DNA of 63,957 bases, the filler included, from Caldilineae bacterium (lineage in GTDB: Bacteria; Chloroflexota; Anaerolineae; DTLA01), in assembly GCA_037446815.1 (NCBI GenBank). It is 9 parts of 9 records of this genome, joined end to end, with 100 filler letters (N's around TTAATTAATTAA, not from the genome) between each part and the next. Parts side by side here need not be neighbours in the genome. Positions count along the whole stretch, not along the records: positions 52,254 to 59,446 come from JBBIHX010000148.1; positions 59,547 to 63,957 come from JBBIHX010000209.1; 7 more parts are not named here. One strand, written 5' to 3'. Below the pieces are notes generated by a model that did not search any database, was not told where the DNA came from, and was given only the letters and a program-made list of their open reading frames with translations. Below are positions 57,083 through 63,957 of this stretch, piece after piece. The position numbers and the translations under genes were made by a program. How positions within the stretch are numbered: position 1 is the first letter of the stretch; every line of letters begins with the position of its first letter.

Positions 57083-57367
57083 CCCTCGCCCGCCGCAAAC
57101 TGTCATTCTGAGCGGCGAAGCCGCGAAGAATCTCGCTGCCCGAGATGCTTCGCCTTCGGCTCAGCATGACAGAGTGGGGAGGCGGTGCGTGGGGCAGACC
57201 AACACAAGGTGGAACCGAACCGGGGTGAGGGCCCCACTCCCTCGCCCGCCGCAAACTGTCATTCTGAGCGGCGAAGAATCTCGCAACCCGAGACCCTTCG
57301 CTTCGCTCAGGGTGACAGGGCCGGGCCCCGCCCCCTCGCCCGTCGGGAGAGGGCCGGGGCGAGGGGA
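57083..57367. repeat. Mosaic REP/MITE-remnant cluster
   Basis: Two GCAAACTGTCATTCTGAGCGGCGAAG modules; inverted MITE end CCAACACAAGGTGGAACCGAACC (57199-57221). Confidence 0.75.
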
Positions 57368-57475
57368 GACCTCACACGTTTTACACACTTCTTACAACCA
57401 GACAACACCCCCTTGATATGTTCACGGCATCCTGAGGGTGCCGAAAGGCGAATTCACGATGCTGGAGGTGGAACC

Positions 57476-58714
57476 ATGAAAGCGTTTCTGAGAATCACCA
57501 TCGCCCTGGCCGTGGTGGGCCTGCTGCTTGCGGCGGCGTTGCCCGCCTTCGCAGGCGCCTCGCCGGCCACCATTGACCTGAAGGGCCGCGTAACGTCCGT
57601 GGACCCGCCGCGCTTTACCATCGCCATCCCGTCCGGGTCTGTGCTCATCCTCACGGATGACAGCACGCGGTTCGTCGTCCCGGGCGTGGAGAACCCAACC
57701 CTGGCCGACGTGCACGAAGGCGACCTGGTCCAGGTGCGCCTGACGCAGGACGCCGAGGGGCGGCTGCTGGCGCGCCTCGTCGCCGTCATCGCCACGCGCG
57801 AAATCCGCGGCACCATCGCCGCGCTGGAGCCGCCGGCCATCACCGTGGACACGGACGCGGGGCCGGTGCAGGTGCTCACCGATGACCGCACGCGCTACCG
57901 AATCCCCGACGTGGAGCAGCCCACCTACGAGGATCTGACCGTCGGCGACCGCGTCGTCATCGGGGCGCTGGCCCAGTCGGACGGAACGCTCCTGGCGCGG
58001 GTTGTGGCCGTCGTCCCCAACGTGGTGCGGCTTGACGGCGACGTAACGCAGATCGCTGGCAACAATCTGACGATCGCCAACCCCAACGGCGAAATCCTGG
58101 TGCATACGGACGACAAGACCCGATTCCGCGTCCCCGGCGTGGAGAATCCCACCCTGGCCGACGTGCACGTGGGCGACCACATCCACGGGTTGGCCGTGGA
58201 GAAGGGCAACGGCAGCCTGTGGGGGCGCATCATCGCCGTGGTGGACGAGCGCAAGTTCCACGGGCAGGTGGCCGCCATTGACGGCGTCAACGTAACCGTG
58301 AACACGCCCGACGGCCCGGTAACCGTCGCCACGGACGACCGGACGCGGTTTGAGGTGCCCGGCGTGGAGAATCCCACCCTGGCCGACGTGCACGTGGGCG
58401 ACCTGGTGTTCGTCGTGGCCTTCGGGCAAGGAGACGGCAGCATCCTGGCCAGACTTATCGCCGTCCGTCCGCAGGTCAAGTTCCGCGGCGAGGTGCTGGC
58501 GAAGAACGGCGCAACGCTGACCATCGCCACCGAGCGCGGGAACGTGGACGTGCTGACCGATGAGCACACCCGCTACCGCGTCCCGGGCGTGGAAAGCCCG
58601 ACGCTGGATGACGTGCACGTGGGCGACCGGGTCGCCGTCATCGCCGTACCGCGCGGGCCGGATGGCGGCCTGCTGGCGAAAGGCATCGGCGTGCTGCCGC
58701 CCAGCGAAACGTAG
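57476..58714 (+). CDS. Secreted protein with five DUF5666-like (OB-fold) repeats
   Basis: Signal peptide ending AFA; 5x TDD.TR(F/Y).VPGVE.PTL.DVHVGD.V; RBS GGAGG. Confidence 0.82.
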   Translation: MKAFLRITIALAVVGLLLAAALPAFAGASPATIDLKGRVTSVDPPRFTIAIPSGSVLILTDDSTRFVVPGVENPTLADVHEGDLVQVRLTQDAEGRLLARLVAVIATREIRGTIAALEPPAITVDTDAGPVQVLTDDRTRYRIPDVEQPTYEDLTVGDRVVIGALAQSDGTLLARVVAVVPNVVRLDGDVTQIAGNNLTIANPNGEILVHTDDKTRFRVPGVENPTLADVHVGDHIHGLAVEKGNGSLWGRIIAVVDERKFHGQVAAIDGVNVTVNTPDGPVTVATDDRTRFEVPGVENPTLADVHVGDLVFVVAFGQGDGSILARLIAVRPQVKFRGEVLAKNGATLTIATERGNVDVLTDEHTRYRVPGVESPTLDDVHVGDRVAVIAVPRGPDGGLLAKGIGVLPPSET

Positions 58715-58735
58715 CCCATCCCGCCGCTTCACCAC

Positions 58736-58764
58736 AAAGCCCCGGTGCCAGGCCGGGGCTTTTT
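58736..58764 (+). terminator. Intrinsic terminator
   Basis: AAAGCCCCGG-TGCCAGG-CCGGGGCTTTTT. Confidence 0.85.
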
Positions 58765-58813
58765 CGCTGTGCTTGTGTTCTTGCGTTTCGGCCGATGTGG
58801 CGGCTGCTTTGCT

Positions 58814-59446
58814 CACCGCCGAGGCGCGGAGTACGTAGAGGAATCACAGGGATTCCTCCAGATTCTGCTGCCCTCTGCGTCCTCTCCGTCTCCGCGGTGC
58901 AATGGTGTTCACCGCCGAGGCGCGGAGCACGCAGAGGAATCATAAGAATTCCCCTGCCTCCTGCTCCTCTCTGCGTCCTCTCCGTCTCCGCGGTGCAATG
59001 GTGTTCACCGCCGAGGCGCGGAGCACGCAGAGGAATCATAAGAATTCCCCTGCCTCCTGCTCCTCTCTGCGTCCTCTCCGTCTCCGCGGTGCAATGGTGT
59101 TCACCGCCGAGGCGCGGAGCACGCAGAGGAATCATAAGAATTCCCCTGCCTCCTGCTCCTCTCTGCGTCCTCTCCGTCTCCGCGGTGCAATGGTGTTCAC
59201 CGCCGAGGCGCGGAGCACGCAGAGGAATCATAAGAATTCCCCTGCCTCCTGCTCCTCTCTGCGTCCTCTCCGTCTCCGCGGTGCAATGGTGTTCGCCGCC
59301 GAGGCGCGGAGCACGCAGAGGAATCATAAGAATTCCCCTGCCTCCTGCTCCTCTCTGCGTCCTCTCCGTCTCCGCGGTGCAATGGTGTTCGCCGCCGAGG
59401 CGCGGAGCACGCAGAGGAATCATAAGAATTCCCCTGCCTCCTGCTC
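58814..59446. repeat. 96-bp tandem array (>=6.6 units) of hairpin elements
   Basis: Units start at 58814, 58910, 59006, 59102, 59198, 59294 and 59390; each is 27-bp arm, 32-bp loop, 27-bp inverted arm, 10-bp linker. Confidence 0.93.
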
Positions 59447-59546
59447 NNNNNNNNNNNNNNNNNNNNNNNNNNNNNNNNNNNNNNNNNNNNTTAATTAATT
59501 AANNNNNNNNNNNNNNNNNNNNNNNNNNNNNNNNNNNNNNNNNNNN
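59447..59546. other. Artificial contig linker
   Basis: N44-TTAATTAATTAA-N44. Confidence 0.98.
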
Positions 59547-59604
59547 GCTTCGGGCACTGCGTGCCCTCGCAATGACAGCCACCAACAGACTTTGGAACCG
59601 AGTC
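59547..59604 (+). mobile_element. Right end of MITE (cut by contig start)
   Basis: CCCTCGCAATGACA cargo end, then CCAACAGACTTTGGAACCGAGTC TIR. Confidence 0.75.
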
Positions 59605-59690
59605 CAAGATCGTTTCGGTTTTGACCTCACGCAAAGTTGTATATAATAACCTGTGAATGTTCTAGCAAAGTGTTCTGGACGGTGGTTGCC

Positions 59691-60788
59691 ATGGCACGCA
59701 CTATATTCCCATTCACCGCAATCGTAGACCAACAGACCATGAAGCGGGCGCTGATTCTCAATGCGGTGAACCCGCTCATCGGCGGCGTGCTCATCCGGGG
59801 CGAGCGCGGCACGGCCAAATCCACAGCGGCGCGCGCGCTGGCTGCGCTCCTGCCGGAGATTGACGTCGTCGCCGACTGCCTGTACCGCTGCGACCCGCAC
59901 GACATGGAGACGATGTGCGACTCGTGCCGCGAGCGGCTGGCCCGGGGCGAGACGCTGCCCGTGGGCCGGGCCGTTACCCGCATGGTGGAGTTGCCCGTGA
60001 GCGCCACCGAGGACCGCGTCGTGGGCACGCTGGACATTGAGCACGCCCTCAAGACCGGCGAGAAGCGGTTTGAACCCGGCATCCTCGCCGCCGCCAACCG
60101 AGGGCTGCTGTACGTGGACGAGGTCAATCTGCTGGACGACCACGTGGTGGATTTGCTGCTGGACTCGGCGGCCATGGGCGTGAACTACGTGGAGCGCGAG
60201 GGGATTTCCTTCTCCCATCCGGCGCGCTTCATCCTCGTGGGCACCATGAACCCCGAGGAGGGCGAACTGCGCCCGCAGTTGCTGGACCGCTTCGCGCTCT
60301 GCGTGGAAATCAAAGGGCTGACCGACCCGCGCCAGCGCATGGAAGTGCTGGAGCGTCGCATCCAATTTGATTCGGACCCCGAGGGCTTCCGCGCCGAATG
60401 GGAGCCGCGCGAGCGCAAATTGTCCGAGGACATCGCCAAGGCCCGCGTGCTGCTCCCCCGCGTCAAGTACGACGACACGGACCTCTACACCATCGCCCAA
60501 CTGACGGCGGCGATGAAGGTAGACGGGCACCGCAGCGACATCGTCATCCTCAAGACGGCCATCGCCAACGCCGCTTTCTCGGGCCGCGACCACATCACCG
60601 ACGAGGACATCCTCCTGGCTGCCGAGTTGGCCCTGCCCCACCGCATGAAGCGCCAACCGTTCCAGGACGAGGAAATCCGCTTTGAGGAACTGAAGGCCAA
60701 ACTGGAGAAGGTCCAGGCCGAGGCGCTAGCCCAGGAGCAGGCGCGGCAGTTGGACGCGGAGACGGACGTAAAAAAAAAGACCAGGTAG
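59691..60788 (+). CDS. Chelatase AAA+ ATPase, ChlI/BchI-like (365 aa; short product of frameshifted gene)
   Basis: [17 protein letters not shown] (Walker A), [38 protein letters not shown]. Confidence 0.93.
   Translation: MARTIFPFTAIVDQQTMKRALILNAVNPLIGGVLIRGERGTAKSTAARALAALLPEIDVVADCLYRCDPHDMETMCDSCRERLARGETLPVGRAVTRMVELPVSATEDRVVGTLDIEHALKTGEKRFEPGILAAANRGLLYVDEVNLLDDHVVDLLLDSAAMGVNYVEREGISFSHPARFILVGTMNPEEGELRPQLLDRFALCVEIKGLTDPRQRMEVLERRIQFDSDPEGFRAEWEPRERKLSEDIAKARVLLPRVKYDDTDLYTIAQLTAAMKVDGHRSDIVILKTAIANAAFSGRDHITDEDILLAAELALPHRMKRQPFQDEEIRFEELKAKLEKVQAEALAQEQARQLDAETDVKKKTR
60770..60779 (+). promoter_or_regulatory. Programmed -1 frameshift/slippage site
   Basis: A9G containing in-frame A_AAA_AAG; stop 7 nt downstream; -1 frame open to 61726. 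Confidence 0.8.
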
Positions 60789-61726
60789 CGGAACCCTCGC
60801 CTAACGTCGGCGGGAGCGGCGTCGCGCTCAAGGGGCACGATGCGATGCCGCTGGGATTCAAGGGCGCGCAGGAAGCCATGCTGGCCGTGGACATCGGCCC
60901 GACCTTCAAGCCCCGCCGATTGAGCACCCCCCTGGATCGCCTCACGCGCAGCACGGCCGGTAAGCGCAGCCTTACCAAGACGCGGCGCAAACGCGGGCGC
61001 TACGTGCAGAGCGTGCCGGCCAACGGCAACCCCGATGACCTGGCGCTGGACGCCACGCTGCGCCACGCCGCCTTGAGCCGCACCCGCGCCCGTCCTTCCG
61101 AGCCGGGCGTTCAGTTGACCAAGTCCGACTGGCAGAAGAAGGTGCGGGTGCGCCGCGCCGCGAACCTGATTCTGTTCGTCGTGGACGCCAGTTGGTCCAT
61201 GGCGGCGTCGGAGCGCATTGAGGCCACCAAGGGCGCCATCTTCTCCCTGCTGACGGACGCCTACAAGCGGCGCGACCAGGTTGGCCTTGTAGTATTCCAG
61301 CGGGAGGAGGCGCGCCTGGAACTGGCTCCCACGTCCAGCGTGGAATTGGCGAAGGACGCCCTGAAAGACATCCCCGTGGGCGGCAAGACCCCGTTGAGCC
61401 ACGGCCTGGTGTTGGCCTACCGGGTCATCCAGCAGGCGCGGCGCAAAGATCCCGAGGTGATGCCCCTGCTGATTCTCCTGACCGACGGCGCGGGCAACGT
61501 CTCGCTCACCCGCCTGCCGCCCCAGGAAGAGGCGCTCCGCATTGCCCGCCTCATCGCCCGTAGCGGCATACGGTCGGTGGTAATCAACATGGAGCACCCA
61601 TCCTTTGACCGCGGCCTGACCCAGGAACTGGCGGAGGCGCTGAAAGGCCCCTGCTACACGCTCAGGGAGTTGCGCGCGCAGGAGTTGTACCAGACGGTGC
61701 GCGACGAACTGGCCGCCGATAGGTAG
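60776..61726 (+). CDS. ChlD-like linker and VWA domain, read in -1 frame (fusion 59691-61726, ~678 aa)
   Basis: [23 protein letters not shown] (MIDAS DxSxS), [22 protein letters not shown]; no stop between the A run and ATG 60845. Confidence 0.85.
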   Translation, partial: KDQVAEPSPNVGGSGVALKGHDAMPLGFKGAQEAMLAVDIGPTFKPRRLSTPLDRLTRSTAGKRSLTKTRRKRGRYVQSVPANGNPDDLALDATLRHAALSRTRARPSEPGVQLTKSDWQKKVRVRRAANLILFVVDASWSMAASERIEATKGAIFSLLTDAYKRRDQVGLVVFQREEARLELAPTSSVELAKDALKDIPVGGKTPLSHGLVLAYRVIQQARRKDPEVMPLLILLTDGAGNVSLTRLPPQEEALRIARLIARSGIRSVVINMEHPSFDRGLTQELAEALKGPCYTLRELRAQELYQTVRDELAADR

Positions 61727-61749
61727 GGCGGAGCGGCGAGGAGAACGGC

Positions 61750-62694
61750 ATGCCCACGAACTCAACCTTCCCTGCGCGCCTTCGCGCCACGCTGTCGGCG
61801 CTGCTTGCCGATGCCGGCCTCGCCCTCGTTACCCTCATCTGGGGGTTGACGTTTGTGGTGGTCAAGGACGCCGTCGCCCAGGTGCCGGTGATGACGTTCC
61901 TGGCGTGGCGGTTTGGCGTGGGGGCGGTGGCGCTGCTGCCGCTGTCGTTCGGCGGGTTGCGGCGTGCCGGCCGGCGCGAATGGATTGCGGGCGCGCTCAT
62001 CGGCGTCTCGCTGTTCGCGGGGTATGTGCTCCAGACGGCGGGCCTGCAATGGACCACCGCCAGCAAGACCGGCTTCATCACAGGATTGTACGTCCCGCTG
62101 GTGCCCCTGTTCGCCTGGCCCCTCATGGGCGAGCGGCCCAGCCGCAATGCCATCGCGGGCCTGGTGTTGGCCACCGTCGGGCTGGCCCTCCTATCGCTGC
62201 GGGGGGACTTGCGCGTTGAGAAGGGCGACGTGCTGGTGTTGGGGTGCGCGGTGGCGTTCGCGTGGCAGGTGGTGCTCATCGCCTATTTCGCCCCGCGCAT
62301 GCCCGCGCTGACCCTGGCGCAGGTGCAGATTACGGTGGTGGCGGTGGCGTCGGCGCTGGTGGCGGCGCTGGCGGGCGAGCAACTCGTGCCTCTGCCGCGC
62401 GCGGTGTGGGGCGCGGTGGCTTTCAACGGCGTCATCGCCACGTCCATCGCCCTCGGCCTGCAAAACTACCTCCAGGGCAAGACCAGCGCGACCCACGCGG
62501 CGTTCATCTTTGTGCTGGAGCCGGTTTTCGCGGCGATGTTCGGGTGGCTCCTGGCTGGGGAGACGCTGGACTTGCGGGGGTGGATAGGTTCGGTTATGAT
62601 TCTGGCCGGCATGATCGTGGGACAGAAGAACGGCCAGGCGGGCGCCGCATCCAAGAGCCAGGAGGGAGTGCGTGAAACTTCCGGACAGTTATGA
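61750..62694 (+). CDS. DMT/EamA family transporter
   Basis: IWGLTFVVVK, RF, QT.GL..TTAS..GFITGL, LEPVFA; ~10 TMs. Confidence 0.9.
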   Translation: MPTNSTFPARLRATLSALLADAGLALVTLIWGLTFVVVKDAVAQVPVMTFLAWRFGVGAVALLPLSFGGLRRAGRREWIAGALIGVSLFAGYVLQTAGLQWTTASKTGFITGLYVPLVPLFAWPLMGERPSRNAIAGLVLATVGLALLSLRGDLRVEKGDVLVLGCAVAFAWQVVLIAYFAPRMPALTLAQVQITVVAVASALVAALAGEQLVPLPRAVWGAVAFNGVIATSIALGLQNYLQGKTSATHAAFIFVLEPVFAAMFGWLLAGETLDLRGWIGSVMILAGMIVGQKNGQAGAASKSQEGVRETSGQL

Positions 62695-63787
62695 GGATTT
62701 GTTTTCTCAGGCGATGGAAGCCTTTGAACTGCGCCGGCGCGAAGAGGCCGCCGCGCTTCTGAAGCGCTTGGTGGATCGGCTTCAATCCCTGCCCGCGCAC
62801 ATTCTGGACCGCAAGCCCGAACTTCGGGAGATGTTGATGCGTTCGGCGGGCAGGTATGTAGCGGTGCTCCGCTGGAGCGGCAAGAGCGAAGAGGCGCTCG
62901 CTGCGGCAGAGTCCTTCGCCGCGACCCTCCCCACTTTGAGAAATGTGTGGAGCATGGAGCGCGCGCTAAACTTGATAGACAGCGGGCGCGCGGATGAAGG
63001 GCTGGACATCCTGCGCGCGCTTGTCGCCCAGGACAGCGGCGGGGCGAATTGGGAGATCCGCGGGATACTGATGACTGAACTCGGGGCGGTGGGGTTGTAC
63101 GAGGAAGCCGAACGAATAGGGGAGATGATGCTCCGAGATGCCCGGGACGACGATTCCCGGATAAAGGCATACGTCTGGATTCTTGAGAATGCAATGGAGT
63201 CTGGGAATATCAAAGCGGTCATCCGCTGCACCGACGCAATCGCGAAGCAGGGACGGCTCGCACGCATGGACACGTACGAATGGCTCGCGGGCAGCGGACG
63301 CTGGGAAGAACTGGAACGGCAAATGGCCAAGGGGCATCTGTTTGATCTCACACGGCGGGTATTCATCGGGGAGATTCAGAGAGCGCGGGGCGATGAGACT
63401 GGCGCGAGGGAGACTTGGCAATCCATCCTGCAGGAGGGAGAGGAAGAGGAGGACGTAGATGTCAGTTATGCTCGCGCCAGCGCCGAATTGCTGCTGGGGC
63501 AGGCGTCTCAGGAAACGGCAGACGCGCTCCTCGCCGTGGTGGGCGAGGTCCCTGCGGATTCAACGGCGCTTTTGATGTTTGTTGCCGCATCGGCCCAGTT
63601 GGGCCACGTGGAAGATGCTCTGACGGCGATTCAGCAGTACATGGAGCTCAGTAGGTTGTTCCGCCCGTTCTACAGGGTCTTGCCGCATTCGTACTGGGTG
63701 CGCCTCCGTCGTTACCCCATGCCCGATGAGGCTGTGGAGGCTCTGCGCCCGTATTTCGCCGCGGGGCCGGCCGAGGGGTCTGCGTAG
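62672..63787 (+). CDS. Hypothetical all-helical (TPR-like) protein
   Basis: 371-aa ORF with G...EA helical repeats; GTG after GGAGGGAG; appears lower in GC than neighbours. Confidence 0.65.
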   Translation: MKLPDSYEDLFSQAMEAFELRRREEAAALLKRLVDRLQSLPAHILDRKPELREMLMRSAGRYVAVLRWSGKSEEALAAAESFAATLPTLRNVWSMERALNLIDSGRADEGLDILRALVAQDSGGANWEIRGILMTELGAVGLYEEAERIGEMMLRDARDDDSRIKAYVWILENAMESGNIKAVIRCTDAIAKQGRLARMDTYEWLAGSGRWEELERQMAKGHLFDLTRRVFIGEIQRARGDETGARETWQSILQEGEEEEDVDVSYARASAELLLGQASQETADALLAVVGEVPADSTALLMFVAASAQLGHVEDALTAIQQYMELSRLFRPFYRVLPHSYWVRLRRYPMPDEAVEALRPYFAAGPAEGSA

Positions 63788-63866
63788 CGCGCCCTCGGGA
63801 CAACGACACCGCGAGCGAAGGAACATGCGACGCGCCTCCGAGTTGCGTCGCATGTTATCGCCAGCA

Positions 63867-63957
63867 GAGTCGGTTTCATCTTGTGTTGGTGAAACGCATG
63901 GACACTCTCCTCATGTGTCGTTGCGAGCGAAGCGAAGCAACCTCACGCCCCAGAGAT
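63867..63957 (+). mobile_element. MITE copy, right part outside window
   Basis: Matches 42771-42861 except for one base; left flank CGCCAGCA. Confidence 0.85.

Noticed and set aside
58814..59446. CRISPR array
   Set aside because: Inter-repeat sequences are identical (no unique spacers), the 96-bp unit is one long hairpin, and there are no cas genes in the window.
58638..59502. Repeat-protein ORFs over the array
   Set aside because: 96 is divisible by 3, so several frames stay open on both strands; there is no RBS and the peptides are implausible.
7583..59546. Regularly spaced TTAATTAATTAA motif every ~7.3 kb
   Set aside because: Artificial six-frame-stop linker between length-sorted contigs; cross-linker adjacencies (e.g. 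MITE end next to the 96-bp array) are meaningless.
60845..61726. VWA ORF as an independent gene from ATG 60845
   Set aside because: Only a weak SD-like sequence (AAGGGG); the open -1 frame back to A_AAA_AAG and the ChlD architecture favour a frameshift fusion, though independent initiation is not excluded.
59691..61726. Evidence of bacteriochlorophyll synthesis or phototrophy
   Set aside because: ChlI/ChlD-like AAA/VWA genes are widespread in non-phototrophs, and there are no other bch genes here.

Overview
High-GC (roughly two-thirds G+C) bacterial DNA, probably an Anaerolineae/Chloroflexota MAG (inferred from the Flp pilin, LPxxxR-tailed secreted proteins and DNRLRE/DUF5666 content). It is not one locus. 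Nine contigs (the eight complete ones ~7.2-7.6 kb, in decreasing length) are joined by artificial N44-TTAATTAATTAA-N44 linkers, and there is one 100-N gap, so gene neighbourhood only counts within a contig. There are about 60 CDS, mostly housekeeping, envelope and catabolic genes, plus one tRNA-Gln(TTG), an IS1-family element, a RAYT transposase and many short palindromic repeats. Main signals: (1) a chelatase chlI/chlD-like gene split by a -1 slippery site (A9G); (2) a ~150-bp MITE family with 23-bp TIRs and 8-bp target duplications whose copies carry different REP-like hairpin cargo; (3) a UTRA regulator/lactonase/2x Tm-1-like/2x URO-D-like operon of unknown substrate; (4) strong avoidance of TCGA, AGCT and GTSAC that the IS1 element does not share; (5) an IS1-associated deletion in a glycerophosphodiester/glycerol operon; (6) a 96-bp hairpin tandem array; (7) a candidate anti-SD switch upstream of an FTR1 iron permease. 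All family calls come from motif recognition by eye; no searches were run.
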